DNA of 64,000 bases from Cyanophyceae cyanobacterium (GCA_038321985.1 JBBQFN010000022.1:1-64000), one strand, 5' to 3'; positions 52,332 through 63,350 are shown, counted from the stretch's first letter. The notes: generated by a model not told the origin, from the sequence alone. Made by a program: numbers and translations.

Positions 52332-52507
52332 TAACCCTGGGGCAGTAGCCGGAAGCATTTAATAATAAATTAACAGATTTCTCCCTCGTTTAGCGGGTTA
52401 AAGCTAATTTTTTAAAGGACATAAAATGTTAGAGCACCCCTCAAAATTGATTTCCCCCAGTGCGATCGCCCGTTCCGTACCCCCCCTTATCCCAACTTCA
52501 TCCTACT

Positions 52508-53191
52508 ATGAAAATCTCATCAGTTCTGATTGGGTTAGGATTAGCATTGTTGCTGGTTCTGACTGCGCCTGCTCTACCTTGGGGACAAACCCCATCCCAA
52601 TGGAATAACCAGGCGATCGCCTCTCCCATCCCTTCCCCTTGTGCCAACGTCAGCACCATTCACAATGATGCTTTGGAGCTTCACTACAGTCCCGAATGTT
52701 TAGAGCAAAAACTTCATCTGAGTCAGTTACTCCAGCATTTAGAACCCATTATTGCTGAAAAAACTCGCAACAAAATCACCGTCAGCAATCTCAACTATGC
52801 TTTAATTCCGGAAGGAATTCACCTTCAGGCAAATGTAATCGTTAATGTCAAACCGCTACCGGGAAACGTGCCGGTTTTAGTCTCTCAAGATTTATCCGTG
52901 AGTATCAAGGACGGATATCTCTACGTCAAAGCTGGCAAAACTGATTTAGAAAGCTCGAAAGTAGTGGTCCAATCTAACAGTGGGATAATTACTCAAAAAA
53001 TTAACCAGCAATTATCTAAATTTAATGGTAAAGAATTGGATGAGTTTTTGGCGCTTACCCAACTCAATACTCTCGCAGAACCGATTGGAATTGGTCCAAA
53101 TGCAGTGGATTTTGTGATGCAATCCATTGAAAATAAACTGAACCTGAGTCTGGATGAAAGCGGTTTAACTCTGGCGGTTCGGATTCGATGA
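52508..53191 (+). CDS. Hypothetical exported protein
   Basis: MKISSVLIGLGLALLLVL signal peptide; long open frame. Confidence 0.65.
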   Translation: MKISSVLIGLGLALLLVLTAPALPWGQTPSQWNNQAIASPIPSPCANVSTIHNDALELHYSPECLEQKLHLSQLLQHLEPIIAEKTRNKITVSNLNYALIPEGIHLQANVIVNVKPLPGNVPVLVSQDLSVSIKDGYLYVKAGKTDLESSKVVVQSNSGIITQKINQQLSKFNGKELDEFLALTQLNTLAEPIGIGPNAVDFVMQSIENKLNLSLDESGLTLAVRIR

Positions 53192-53313
53192 ATGAACGGC
53201 AAGGGAACGGTGCGATCGCCCTTTTGTTGCCAAAAGCCTTTATCCGGTAGCTCTATTATCTCATTGCCCAGAAATTTTGCTATAATTCACCTATCGAGTT
53301 ATCAAAATACCCC

Positions 53314-53559
53314 ATGAGTTTAGTCATCTCTGAGGAACTGGTAGAAGCCAGCGGGTTGTCTGAACCCGAGTTATTATTAGAAATTATCATGATGCTGTTT
53401 CAGCAAAAAAAAATTAGCCTTGGCAAAGCAGCGCACCTTGCAGGACTGCACCCGATCGCTTTCCAGCGGGAGATGGCAACCCGGGAAATTTGTATTCATT
53501 ATGACATAGAAGATTTTGAACAAGATTTAGAGTCCTTGCGAGAACGAGGTTGGCAATGA
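53314..53559 (+). CDS. UPF0175-family putative antitoxin
   Basis: LFQQKKISLGKAAHLAG...F......R.I..HY...D...D. Confidence 0.88.
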   Translation: MSLVISEELVEASGLSEPELLLEIIMMLFQQKKISLGKAAHLAGLHPIAFQREMATREICIHYDIEDFEQDLESLRERGWQ

Positions 53560-54044
53560 TAATTGTCAGCAATACTTCCCCTTTGAGCAATTTAGCAGCC
53601 ATCGGTCATTTGCCGCTGTTGCAACAAATTTATCCCAAAATTATTATTCCCCCAGCGGTTGCGAATGAATTGGATGCCGCACCTCCCGAGGATGCAGCAA
53701 TCCGAGCCGTGTCAAGTTTGGATTGGGTGGAAATTCAATCGGTTACCAACACTATCCATGTAGAAACTCTCCTGCAAAAAAAACTCGATTTGGGGGAAGC
53801 CGAAGCGATCGCCCTTGCTCTGGAACTCAATGCGGATCGACTGCTCATAGATGAACAATTGGGGAGAGGAGAAGCCAGCAATTTGGGAATAGAGATTACA
53901 GGGATACTTGGGATTCTGGTTGCAGCTAAAGCCCGATTGCTGATTCCTGCGGTTCAACCCATTATGGACGCGCTCATCGCTCAGGCTGGGTTTCGGATTC
54001 ATTCCTCATTATATATCCGAATTTTACAAGCGGCTGATGAATAA
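53556..54044 (+). CDS. DUF3368 PIN-domain putative toxin
   Basis: IVSNTSPL, LDLGEAEAIALA, LLIDE, G.LG.L; ATGA overlap with UPF0175. Confidence 0.9.
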   Translation: MIIVSNTSPLSNLAAIGHLPLLQQIYPKIIIPPAVANELDAAPPEDAAIRAVSSLDWVEIQSVTNTIHVETLLQKKLDLGEAEAIALALELNADRLLIDEQLGRGEASNLGIEITGILGILVAAKARLLIPAVQPIMDALIAQAGFRIHSSLYIRILQAADE

Positions 54045-54263
54045 TTTCTGATACTTCCTGGGCCAAGTTTGCAGATATTATTCTCACTTTTAGCCGTCCC
54101 GGGGAGTTTTTGTAGGGAAAGTATTATATCATAAATCTTTTAAAAATCCCAATATTTTGGGGGAGAGAAAAAATAGTTTAGAGACCTGAGTAATTTTACT
54201 TTTTACGCTATACTTACCCTATTCCGTTTAGAAGTTCAATTTTTAGGGACGACTTATTCTGAA

Positions 54264-55382
54264 ATGAATTCACAACAATTGATGAGCCGCACTGAGGAAG
54301 AATTAATGATTCCTCATGCGGAGTATGCGAAGAAATTGCGTCCGCTACTGCCATCGGAGGCATTTGAACCGGATCGCGGAAAGTTAGTCATTTTATTGAT
54401 TAATTTGGGAATCATGATTCTGGGTTGGGCGATCGCCTCCACATTAGATCGTTGGCCTGTATTTCTTTTATGGCTTTACCTCCCGATCGCCCTGGTGATG
54501 GGCAACAGCATTGTTGTCCTCCTGTTTAGTTCCCATAACCTGATGCATGGGAGTGTCATCAAAAATAAGCGGCTACAGTTCATCATGGGTTTTCTAGGGT
54601 TAACCATAGGGTGGATGCCACCGACGATGTGGAAAGCCGTACATAACCGGGAGCATCACAATAAAACCAATTCCATGAACGACCCTGATCGCAATTACTT
54701 GCAGGACCAGCCTAATACTTGGGGCAAATGGTTTCAAAACTTATTTGTGCCTTCTGCTGAGGTCAATCCATTTTGGTTATTTGTGGGAATGATAAATGCT
54801 TGGGGATTCCATAATTTTAGAAACATCACCTCAGTGTTATTTTTCAATAATAAATCTGTGGATTACGTCCCGGCTGCTTTTACCATCAGTGGTAAAGAAC
54901 GACGGGCGATCGCAGGGGAGATGCTGGCTATGTCAGCCCTTCACCTCACCGTTCTCTTTGCCTTACAATTTGACCCCATCAAACTCCTGCTGGGTTACTT
55001 TTTACCGATTGGCATTGGCTATGCGGGTACAATGTTTTATATTTATACCAACCACATGGTCTCGCCGATGAGCAGCGTTAACGATCCCACGTTCAACAGC
55101 TTATCCCTGCGAGTTCCTAAATTCTTTGATTGGTTGCATTTGAATTTTTCTTACCACACCGAGCATCATATTTTTCCACATATCAACTCTGACTATTACC
55201 CCCAAGTCCGAGAATTACTAGAACTTCACTATCCCGGGCGTTTGAAGTTAGTAGATGCGACAGAGGCTTGGCGCTTATTGCTGCAAACTCCTCGCCATTA
55301 CAGAGATGCAAATACTTTTACGGATTGGTCAGGAGAAAAATCTGTGCCTTGTCCTCTAGCTGATACTTCACCTAAAAACTGA
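54264..55382 (+). CDS. Membrane fatty acid desaturase-family protein
   Basis: Three His boxes HNLMH, HNREHH, HTEHH; TM segments. Confidence 0.9.
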   Translation: MNSQQLMSRTEEELMIPHAEYAKKLRPLLPSEAFEPDRGKLVILLINLGIMILGWAIASTLDRWPVFLLWLYLPIALVMGNSIVVLLFSSHNLMHGSVIKNKRLQFIMGFLGLTIGWMPPTMWKAVHNREHHNKTNSMNDPDRNYLQDQPNTWGKWFQNLFVPSAEVNPFWLFVGMINAWGFHNFRNITSVLFFNNKSVDYVPAAFTISGKERRAIAGEMLAMSALHLTVLFALQFDPIKLLLGYFLPIGIGYAGTMFYIYTNHMVSPMSSVNDPTFNSLSLRVPKFFDWLHLNFSYHTEHHIFPHINSDYYPQVRELLELHYPGRLKLVDATEAWRLLLQTPRHYRDANTFTDWSGEKSVPCPLADTSPKN

Positions 55383-55617
55383 AGTTCCCACCCCAGAAAG
55401 TTAACCCGCAGCTTTCCAGCCGGGTAACAATATAATTGTAGGGTGGGGTGGATATTGAGTCTACCTCACCCGCTTTTTTTACCAAAAGGGGAGGTATCTG
55501 TATCTTTGCCGCCCAAGTTAGGCAAGGCTTTATACTCAAAACTCAAATCAAATCCCGAGTTTTGAAAATGCGATCGCGGAAATCTGGATAAAACTTACCC
55601 TCCCGCCCCAAAATAAA

Positions 55618-55645
55618 GTAGGGGCAACGTAACCGTTACCCCTAC
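55618..55645. repeat. GTAG-type REP-like palindrome, possible rbcS terminator
   Basis: GTAGGGGCAACG-taac-CGTTACCCCTAC. Confidence 0.55.
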
Positions 55646-55677
55646 CCAGCGAAATATGTGAGAGTTATTTCACAAAT

Positions 55678-56013
55678 TTAGAAGCGGCTGGTGTTTGGCT
55701 TGTGGATGATAAAGCTGAGCACTTGGCACTGCTTGATGTTGTCAAATCCCACAACGCGGATGTAACAACTGGGGTATTCGCTGCGGCAGCCTTGGACTTC
55801 GCTCATGACTTCCTGGACGGAACGTGCATTGAACAAGGGTAGCTTCCACAGTGTCCAGTAGTAAACAGTAGGGTCCGAGTTTTCATTGAACTCAATGGCA
55901 GGAATGTAGCCTTGGTCAATGATGTACTGAATCTGCTTGGCAATCTGTGCATCAGACAGAGGGGGCAGATAGGAAAGGGTTTCGTAACGACGCTCTTTTG
56001 GCAGAGTTTTCAT
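55678..56013 (-). CDS. rbcS: RuBisCO small subunit
   Basis: [31 protein letters not shown]. Confidence 0.99.
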   Translation of the reverse strand: MKTLPKERRYETLSYLPPLSDAQIAKQIQYIIDQGYIPAIEFNENSDPTVYYWTLWKLPLFNARSVQEVMSEVQGCRSEYPSCYIRVVGFDNIKQCQVLSFIIHKPNTSRF

Positions 56014-56097
56014 AATTTCTTCGTCTCTATTCTGCGGGATCTACGATGATTGGCGGTTTAAGCCGGAAATAAATCAGCACCTTCAACGGTCCAAGGG

Positions 56098-56472
56098 TTA
56101 CTTTTCAGTTTCTGGGGTCGAGTCAGGTAAGGGCAATCCTGTTACTGTTCTTTCCAGATACTGCTTCCGGTGGTCGATGTTGGCCTGAACGATGCCAGTA
56201 CGAACCATCTCAGGCAAGAACTCCGTCACTTCCTCAGCGATGTGTTCGCGCACGGTCATAATCCGAATTGCCAAATCTGGCTTAGAGTGAAGTAACGCTT
56301 CTATATACGCTTCTCCATCTTGGATTTTGGCCGTGGCAGAAAAGCTTTGCAGCCAAAACGCTAAGGGAGGATTGGTTTCGTTCAGTTGACTCACTACGGT
56401 TCGCATGGCTTGGTAGGTCAAATAGCTACTCATCACTTTTGCAGTATCTTTGGCGATTTGTTTTAAATCCAT
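56098..56472 (-). CDS. rbcX: RuBisCO assembly chaperone RbcX
   Basis: SYLTYQA...QL.ETNP..A.WL, RIMTVREHIAE; lies between rbcL and rbcS. Confidence 0.98.
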   Translation of the reverse strand: MDLKQIAKDTAKVMSSYLTYQAMRTVVSQLNETNPPLAFWLQSFSATAKIQDGEAYIEALLHSKPDLAIRIMTVREHIAEEVTEFLPEMVRTGIVQANIDHRKQYLERTVTGLPLPDSTPETEK

Positions 56473-56724
56473 ATTGTTTGCAACGTTTGATATAAGGGGT
56501 TTCTATGCTTACCATCCACGATCTCAGCGGGTGGTGGCAACTTTCTACGGGTACAAACCATAACCCGGATCCCTTTTGCCAAACAGCGTAGGGGAATACT
56601 TTCCGCCCCATGTTGCCGGATTTTGCCGTGATACTGCCCTAAGTTAGAGCGCTTAAATGACTGAAGAAAGGTTAACCGTTAACCCGTAATGGGAAACGGT
56701 TAACTTTTCACTAAGGATCCGTCA

Positions 56725-58155
56725 TCAGACGGTATCCATTGCCTCGAACTCAAACTTGATTTCTTTCCAGAGTTCAAGAGCGACAGCCAGTTCAGGAGAC
56801 CAGCGTCCAGCTTCGCGGAGGATCTCATTACCTTCACGAGCCAAGCTGCGACCTTCGTTACGTGCTTGGACGCAAGCTTCCAAGGCGACGCGGTTGGCGG
56901 TTGCACCCGGCGCATTACCCCAGGGGTGACCCAAGGTACCACCACCGAATTGCAGTACGGAGTCATCTCCGAAGATTTCCACAAGTGCGGGCATATGCCA
57001 TACGTGGATACCACCGGAAGCAACTGCCATCACCCCAGGCATGGATGCCCAGTCTTGGGTGAAGTAAATCCCGCGAGACTTGTCTTGTTCGACATAGTTT
57101 TCGCGGAGCAGATCTACGAAGCCCATGGTAATCCCACGTTCGCCTTCGAGTTTACCGACGACGGTTCCGGTGTGGATGTGGTCACCACCGGACATCCGCA
57201 AGCATTTGGCAAGAACGCGGAAGTGGATTCCGTGATTTTTCTGACGGTCGATAACTGCGTGCATAGCACGGTGGATGTGCAAGAGCACTCCGTTATCGCG
57301 GCACCAGTGAGCCAAGGTGGTGTTGGCGGTGAAACCTGCGGTTAAGAAGTCATGCATGATGATGGGCATTTTGAGTTCTTTGGCGAACTCAGCCCGTTTC
57401 AGCATTTCTTCGCAGGTGGGGGCGGTTACGTTGAGGTAGTGGCCCTTGATTTCGCCAGTTTCTGCCTGAGCTTTATGGATGGCGTCAGCAACGAACAAGA
57501 AGCGATCGCGCCAGCGTTGGAACGGCTGGGAGTTGATGTTCTCGTCGTCTTTGGTGAAGTCCAAACCACCGCGCAAGCATTCGTAAACAGCGCGACCATA
57601 GTTCTTCGCAGATAAACCGAGTTTCGGTTTGATCGTACAACCGAGCAGGGGGCGACCATACTTGTTGATTTTGTCGCGCTCAACTTGGATGCCGTGGGGA
57701 GGACCTTGGAAGGTCTTCAGGTAGGCAACGGGAATCCGCATATCTTCCAAGCGGAGTGCACGCAGGGCTTTGAAACCAAAGACGTTCCCCACGATGGAGG
57801 TCAGCATATTGGTGACGGAGCCTTCTTCAAACAAGTCGAGAGGATAGGCAACGTAAGCGATGTACTGGTTTTCTTCGTTGGGTACGGCTTCGATGTCGTA
57901 GCAACGGCCTTTGTACCGATCCAAGTCGGTCAATAGGTCGGTCCACACTGTGGTCCAGGTTCCGGTAGAAGATTCAGCAGCTACGGCAGCTCCTGCTTCT
58001 TCGGGGGGAACTCCGGGCTGAGGGGTCATCCGGAATGCCGCCAATACGTCGGTATCTTTGGGAGTGTAGTCCGGCGTGTAGTAAGTCAGTCTATAATCTT
58101 TAACGCCAGCTTGGTAGCCGGTTTTTGCTTGAGTCTGGGTTGAACTGTAAGACAT
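56725..58155 (-). CDS. rbcL: RuBisCO large subunit (form IB)
   Basis: [38 protein letters not shown]. Confidence 0.99.
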   Translation of the reverse strand: MSYSSTQTQAKTGYQAGVKDYRLTYYTPDYTPKDTDVLAAFRMTPQPGVPPEEAGAAVAAESSTGTWTTVWTDLLTDLDRYKGRCYDIEAVPNEENQYIAYVAYPLDLFEEGSVTNMLTSIVGNVFGFKALRALRLEDMRIPVAYLKTFQGPPHGIQVERDKINKYGRPLLGCTIKPKLGLSAKNYGRAVYECLRGGLDFTKDDENINSQPFQRWRDRFLFVADAIHKAQAETGEIKGHYLNVTAPTCEEMLKRAEFAKELKMPIIMHDFLTAGFTANTTLAHWCRDNGVLLHIHRAMHAVIDRQKNHGIHFRVLAKCLRMSGGDHIHTGTVVGKLEGERGITMGFVDLLRENYVEQDKSRGIYFTQDWASMPGVMAVASGGIHVWHMPALVEIFGDDSVLQFGGGTLGHPWGNAPGATANRVALEACVQARNEGRSLAREGNEILREAGRWSPELAVALELWKEIKFEFEAMDTV

Positions 58156-58322
58156 AATCCCCCTTCCTAGGAATCATCGGAATCATCGAAAATCGTTGCA
58201 GTTGTTCTGGTTTTTAGTTTTCCGGACAAGCTATTAACTTATCTGGGTACTATTGCTTACCAAACCCGCATTGGGGATCAGTGGAGCGAAATCAGTCGGC
58301 TGCTTCGTTTTGCTGCATAACA

Positions 58323-58387
58323 ATAGTATCAGGAAAACAATAAGTTAAACATCATTGTTCTTTTATTCTTTGATAATATTTCTTTAT
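58323..58387 (-). promoter_or_regulatory. Probable rbcL promoter with LysR (RbcR-type) box
   Basis: Extended -10 TGaTACTAT on the minus strand (58323-58331); ATAA-N7-TTAT at 58373-58387. Confidence 0.45.
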
Positions 58388-58662
58388 TTTTTGTTATAAA
58401 TATTAATCTTTTGTTATAATAAAAAGTTAAATATTTCTGGTATAATAAATGCCCGGTTTTGAGAAGACGGGGAGAATTTCCGGGCACGGAGCAGCAGAAA
58501 CGATACAATCGATCGCAGTAGAGAAGGCGATGAGGTTTGCTTCCTGAGACGGCTAGAGGGGGGCCGAAAGTTCAACAGTGCGATCGCCACCCTTGCCTTT
58601 ATATGATTTAATCACGGACCCCTTTGTTGAGCGATCGCCCTTGGGGCTGATTTTAAGAACTT

Positions 58663-60474
58663 ATGCAGCCAGCTTTCCTCCACTGCATCAACCCAGATTG
58701 TCCCAGTCCCACCTCCCAAAGTCGGAATCATCAATTTTGTGACAGTTGCGGAACTCCACTTCTTTTACATGGGCGCTACCTGCCGTTACAAAAGTTAGGG
58801 ACGGGAGGTTTTGCGGTAACTTACACCGTGTATGACCGCCACAGGGACAGGGAACGGGTGCTCAAAGTATTAATAGAGCGATCGCCCAAGGCATTGGAAC
58901 TCTTTGAACAAGAGGCGTCGGTATTGGCAAGTCTGGCACATCCGGGGATTCCCCAGGTTGATCGCGACGGTTATTTTTCCATTTCCCTCAAACATCCCCA
59001 ACCCCGCACCCTTCGTTGTCTCGTCATGGAAAAAATCGAGGGGTTTACCTTAGATGAGATGCTGCACCAGGATTACCCCCAGGGGTTTCCCGAGGCATTG
59101 GTGGTGGATTGGTTGATCCAGGCGGCAGATATTTTGGAGGAGTTGCACCGTCACTCGATTATTCATCGGGACCTCAAACCCACAAATCTGATGGTCCGGA
59201 TGGCGGCGACTCCTACCCCTGCGGCGACTCCTTTCTCTGTATTTAATAGAAGGAAGGGGGGAGGTTCTGCGGGTCAACTGGTGGCGATCGATTTTGGGGG
59301 CGTTAAGCAACTCAGTGGCAAGCAAGCGAATTCAACGCGGTTGTTTTCCCCCGGTTACAGTCCTCCGGAACAGATGATGGGGGGTTCGGTGGGACCGGCA
59401 GCGGATTTTTATGCATTAGGTCGAACTGCGATTTTTCTGCTAACGGGGCGATCGCCTGCGGAGTTTGATGATGGGATGTCTGGGGAATGTCGCTGGCATC
59501 CTTATGCTAGGGTTAGCCTGAATCTGGCGAATGTCATCGATGAAATGCTGGAGTTTCAGGTTGACAAACGCTTAGATAGTGCCACAGAACTACAAGGGCG
59601 ACTGGGACAAGGTTCGTATTTAAAAACCTTAGTCCGCCAGCGGAATCGGGGATTGGGTAGCCGTTTTGTGCAGTTTGCTTCCTCTATCTCTCACGGTAGT
59701 ATCCAGTTGTGCTGGTCCATGGGAACGGCAGTTTTGAAGGCGATCGCCACCCTAGGCTTTGTGAGCTACAAAACCCTTGAGGGCGTGCTGAACACCACGT
59801 TTGATTTAATAGGGTGGGCATTTACAGCCTGCTTCGATACCTTATTAGGCACAATTTTAGGGGGATTAGGTGCTAGTGTCGGGGCAGGAGTGGGGTTTGT
59901 TTTAGCCTATTGGTTGCCTGTGGGAACGCGATTGAGCAGTCGCCTCAGTGAGTTAATCGCACAATGGTTTCCTAGTCTACAACTGGCAGTAGATCCGGTG
60001 GCGATTTTATTTGGGATGGCGGGTTTAGGGACTGCACTGGGGTTAACCGAAGCTGGCAGTTTTGGACAAAAACGGCGATTTGTAACTGCAGGAATGATGG
60101 GACTGTTTGGGTATGGATTGGGATGGTTTGTGTTAGCGGTAAGTTCACCCAGTGAGGCAGTTGTACCCGCCGATTTAGTGGGATTTACGGCGATCGCGAT
60201 CGCCTCGGTTGCCCTCGGTTTAGGTTTACCCAAACCGCAACTGTTCCATGCGACTATAAGTGCGATCGGTACAGCCGTCGTGATGGCAGTCTTTCTCTAT
60301 AGTTCATATTTTTCCCTAATTTTAGACCTATTTTCCGCCACCTCCGGAATCGGAATGCCGCAATTTTGGGATAGTATTGCTTTTTTTGCCTTACTCGGAA
60401 TGACTGGGAGTTTTTGTCTGGGTTGTAGTTATTATTTACTGATGCCAGTGTTGAGACTCTTAGGATTTCGATAG
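58663..60474 (+). CDS. Hanks-type Ser/Thr protein kinase with N-terminal Zn-ribbon and C-terminal TM region
   Basis: CINPDC...CDSCG, LGTGGF, HRDLKPTN, IDFG, GYSPPEQ. Confidence 0.95.
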   Translation: MQPAFLHCINPDCPSPTSQSRNHQFCDSCGTPLLLHGRYLPLQKLGTGGFAVTYTVYDRHRDRERVLKVLIERSPKALELFEQEASVLASLAHPGIPQVDRDGYFSISLKHPQPRTLRCLVMEKIEGFTLDEMLHQDYPQGFPEALVVDWLIQAADILEELHRHSIIHRDLKPTNLMVRMAATPTPAATPFSVFNRRKGGGSAGQLVAIDFGGVKQLSGKQANSTRLFSPGYSPPEQMMGGSVGPAADFYALGRTAIFLLTGRSPAEFDDGMSGECRWHPYARVSLNLANVIDEMLEFQVDKRLDSATELQGRLGQGSYLKTLVRQRNRGLGSRFVQFASSISHGSIQLCWSMGTAVLKAIATLGFVSYKTLEGVLNTTFDLIGWAFTACFDTLLGTILGGLGASVGAGVGFVLAYWLPVGTRLSSRLSELIAQWFPSLQLAVDPVAILFGMAGLGTALGLTEAGSFGQKRRFVTAGMMGLFGYGLGWFVLAVSSPSEAVVPADLVGFTAIAIASVALGLGLPKPQLFHATISAIGTAVVMAVFLYSSYFSLILDLFSATSGIGMPQFWDSIAFFALLGMTGSFCLGCSYYLLMPVLRLLGFR

Positions 60475-60567
60475 AGGAAATTTAATGATGGAGGGAAAAA
60501 CTTAGGTTTTTCTCAAAAGTTCTTCTGTCTCGGGCAAATCATAAAAGTTAAGCGAGTAATTTCCCAG

Positions 60568-60825
60568 CTATTTGCTAATCAATCGGTCATACTCAGCATG
60601 GGTTCCGATCCAAAACCAAGAAATGCCGTTCTCTACTTCAACACCCAAAGCACGATAATTTAACCCGACTCTAACCGACCAATACTTTTTCCCCAGTTTT
60701 TTGAAATTGAGGGACGGATGAGACGGGTCAATCTTGAGCAAGTTGTAGCATTCATCGGCAGTTGTTTGCACAGATTCCGGTAAAGTATTGTAACATTGCC
60801 AAAATCGTCGAGTGGTATAGTGCAT
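60568..60825 (-). CDS. RelE/ParE-like toxin
   Basis: FWQCY..LP, HPSLNFKK, WSVRVG..YRALG, WFWIGTHAEYD. Confidence 0.85.
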   Translation of the reverse strand: MHYTTRRFWQCYNTLPESVQTTADECYNLLKIDPSHPSLNFKKLGKKYWSVRVGLNYRALGVEVENGISWFWIGTHAEYDRLISK

Positions 60826-61025
60826 CAAATTTCTCGGCTATGTCCAGCTTCAAAATCCGCGATCGCCTCTTCAGCGAATGCTTCTAAGTGACCCTCGGCA
60901 ATATCCCGTTCTATCTGTTCATCCCACCGTTGATAATCCAACTCAAAAACCCATTGTTTGAGTTTTTCAAACTCATGGGATGACAGGGAGAGAATTGCTT
61001 GTTCAATTTCTTTTAGGTTGGACAC
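60825..61025 (-). CDS. Cognate antitoxin (GTG start)
   Basis: IEQAI..L...E...L..W......WDEQIE.D...G.L; TGATG overlap with the toxin. Confidence 0.8.
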   Translation of the reverse strand: MSNLKEIEQAILSLSSHEFEKLKQWVFELDYQRWDEQIERDIAEGHLEAFAEEAIADFEAGHSREI

Positions 61026-61165
61026 AATTTTACCTCTGTTGTTGTTCTGCAAATGGGGGACAGCTTACGAAATTCTTTAGCCGCCCAGGATTTAGACTGG
61101 ATAAGATAGGGAGCGATCGGTTAAGCATCCTGAACCCTATTATAGGCTAAGTGTTCGCTCGCCTC

Positions 61166-61440
61166 CTATCGTTCCCAATTGTGCAACCCTTGCAGGATAT
61201 TGGCAATCAAACCCGGCTCGTTTTCTAGGAATTACAGTAATCGGCACTCAGGGAGGCGATCGGCTACAACCACCGCAATCGGCGGATGGCTAAACCGGGC
61301 GAGTTGATTGAGTACCGCCATATCAAACCCTTGGGGGGGGTGGATCAGTGGGTGCTTCGTAGAAGATGAGGGCGATTTTCTCTTCACTGAGGTCATCTTC
61401 GCAGTAGGCTTGCAATTCGCCGATCGTGCACATTATCATT
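61166..61440 (-). pseudogene. C-terminal fragment of a cyanobacterial NACHT-associated alpha/beta-domain protein
   Basis: TIGELQAYCEDD...IALIFYE...(frameshift in G8 run)...GFDMAVLNQLARFSHPPIAVV...*FLENEP...W; truncated at the IS630 end. Confidence 0.5.
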
Positions 61441-61444
61441 CGAC

Positions 61445-62616
61445 TATAGCGAGTCTAAATCAGTTTGGCAAAAGCATCGTACTTTTTCAAATTAGGACGA
61501 TTAAAAAGTTGATATTTGAAGAAAATCTCCACTAATCGTTTTACTGAAGCAAAACTCTTGCATCGGTAATGGAATCGCCTAATAAAGTTTTTAACCTGTA
61601 GCCAAATTCCCTCAACGGGATTTTCTTCCGGGGCATAAGTCGGAAGACGTTCGCAAATAAGTGACCAATCTTGTCGCTCTTTTTCGTGATTTTGCAAGGT
61701 TAAAAACTTTTTCATTTCTTCTCCTCTATGATAGCTGGCACCGTCCCAAATTAACAGGATTTTTTGCTCAGAATTCTCTGGAGTATGAACCGCTTTAATT
61801 TCTTCCAAGAATTTCACTGTATTTACCCCATTCCCCGCCTCATAAGGACTAGCAATAAACTGATTAGTTAGTAAATTTAATGCTCCCTAGTAAGTTTGAC
61901 GATATCGTTCGTTATTTATAGCTATAACTTCTCTATCTTTTGAGTCACCCCATAGATAACTACAAACATCATCACCTTGGACATGACATTCGTCTAAAGC
62001 ATACACAGATAGGGTTACAGCTTCTATCTCTGGCTTAAATTCTTCTAATATTTCTACAATCTCTAGGGTTCTTTTTTTTATAGCTTCTGGGTTTTTTCTA
62101 GTATTTTGTTTATTCGCTTTTTGCCAAGTTAGTTGACTATCCTTCAAAATATCATAGTAACTTTGTGGTGATTTAAAGACTACATCATAGGTTTCAATAA
62201 GATGTCTTTCAAGCTCCGAAAGGTTTCGTCTTTCAATCTTTTCAAGTAGCCAAGTTTTTACCTCATTATTTTGAGCTTCACTTAAATAACTTTTTGAGCC
62301 TTTGTATTTAAGTTTTAATCCCAAAACTCCTTGTTCCTTGTATTCTTTTTTGGCCCGAGCAATCGACCTATAGGAAATCTTCAGTATGAGGCTGATTTCT
62401 GCATAAGACCAACCTTGTAGGTTTAATCTAACTGCTTGACTTTTTTTCCACTCTCTAATATTATTGGTACTGTCAATGAACTCTGTTAAATCAAGGAAAT
62501 CTGTTGATATGGTGTCTAATTGAACGCTAATTTCCATGATTTGCACCCTCTTTGTACATAAACTTTTATTTTATCCTACCTGGCCCCTAGTGTCAAACTG
62601 ATTTAGACGGGCTATA
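61445..62616 (-). mobile_element. IS630-family insertion sequence (coordinates include flanking TA)
   Basis: TATAGCGAGTCTAAATCAGTTTGGCA and TGTCAAACTGATTTAGACGGGCTATA imperfect TIRs; DDE transposase inside. Confidence 0.92.
61455..62546 (-). pseudogene. IS630 transposase with a single in-frame TAG at 61887-61889
   Basis: HTH, DECH, IWDGASYH and APEENPVE motifs; both ORF pieces share a frame (QTY*GALNLLTNQFI...). Confidence 0.9.
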
Positions 62617-62641
62617 TTAGTTTAAATCAGCATTGTTTAGT

Positions 62642-63350
62642 CTAGTCAACCAAATCGGGAATATCACTAAGGTTTACAGATATCTTCAGCATTTTTAAGG
62701 CTTGAACAAGCAAAAATGGGTTATCAATATGCTGAATATAGACACAGATTTCTATCCAAAAAACTTCCTTTTTGAATTCTGGTTTGAATTCGATCTGAAA
62801 TGCATCATCTTGAGAACTAAGGTAGAACTTGACTTCCTTAATTTTTAAAATAGTGGAATTTTTTTCCATCTATAATTCTAAGGTAATCCTTGTGAACTAC
62901 AAATCGACCGAATGCAAATTCCTTGCCATCTTGAATGTCTGAAATTATTTTTCCCCAGAGCCTAGATTCGATATTTGCTCTAACTGACTTCATAATCTTT
63001 CTTGACAAAGAAGAAAACTCTTCTTGCCTATCATAATTTCCGTACTTTTTACCAGTTTCACTTTTTGTAAAGTATCGATAACGTAATGAATAGCTAAAAC
63101 TAACCCTATTTCCCAAAACAAAAGAAGCCGATGAACCACAAAGTATTTTAATTGAGGTTATATCTTCATAGCGATGGACTATTACTTGGTCTGACCTTAG
63201 AAATCGGGGTTGTATGACAAGAAATCCTTTCTCATAGATAGAGATTTCCGGTGACGGATATAGTCCAACCCTTCGATTCATATCCGTTTCAATCTTTCTG
63301 CCAAGATTTAAATCCAAGACAATTTTGTCTATGCTCTTATTTGATTTCAT
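62642..63350 (-). pseudogene. AT-rich hypothetical gene split by a frameshift in an A7 tract (putative gene cassette)
   Basis: ORFs 62838-63350 and 62642-62869 join if one A is removed from the run at 62859-62865. Confidence 0.55.

Noticed and set aside
55657..55674. TGTGA...TCACA near the rbcS 3' end as a CRP site
   Set aside because: The spacer is 8 nt, not 6, and it lies between convergent genes.
317..60870. Abundant GCGATCGC as a novel repeat
   Set aside because: This is the well-known cyanobacterial HIP1; used here only as a marker of native DNA.
60475..61160. TA pair as an additional integron cassette
   Set aside because: No attC-like palindrome was found on either side, and the pair contains a host HIP1 site.
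61308..61535. 75-aa plus-strand ORF
   Set aside because: It is antisense to the NACHT-type remnant and crosses the IS630 end.
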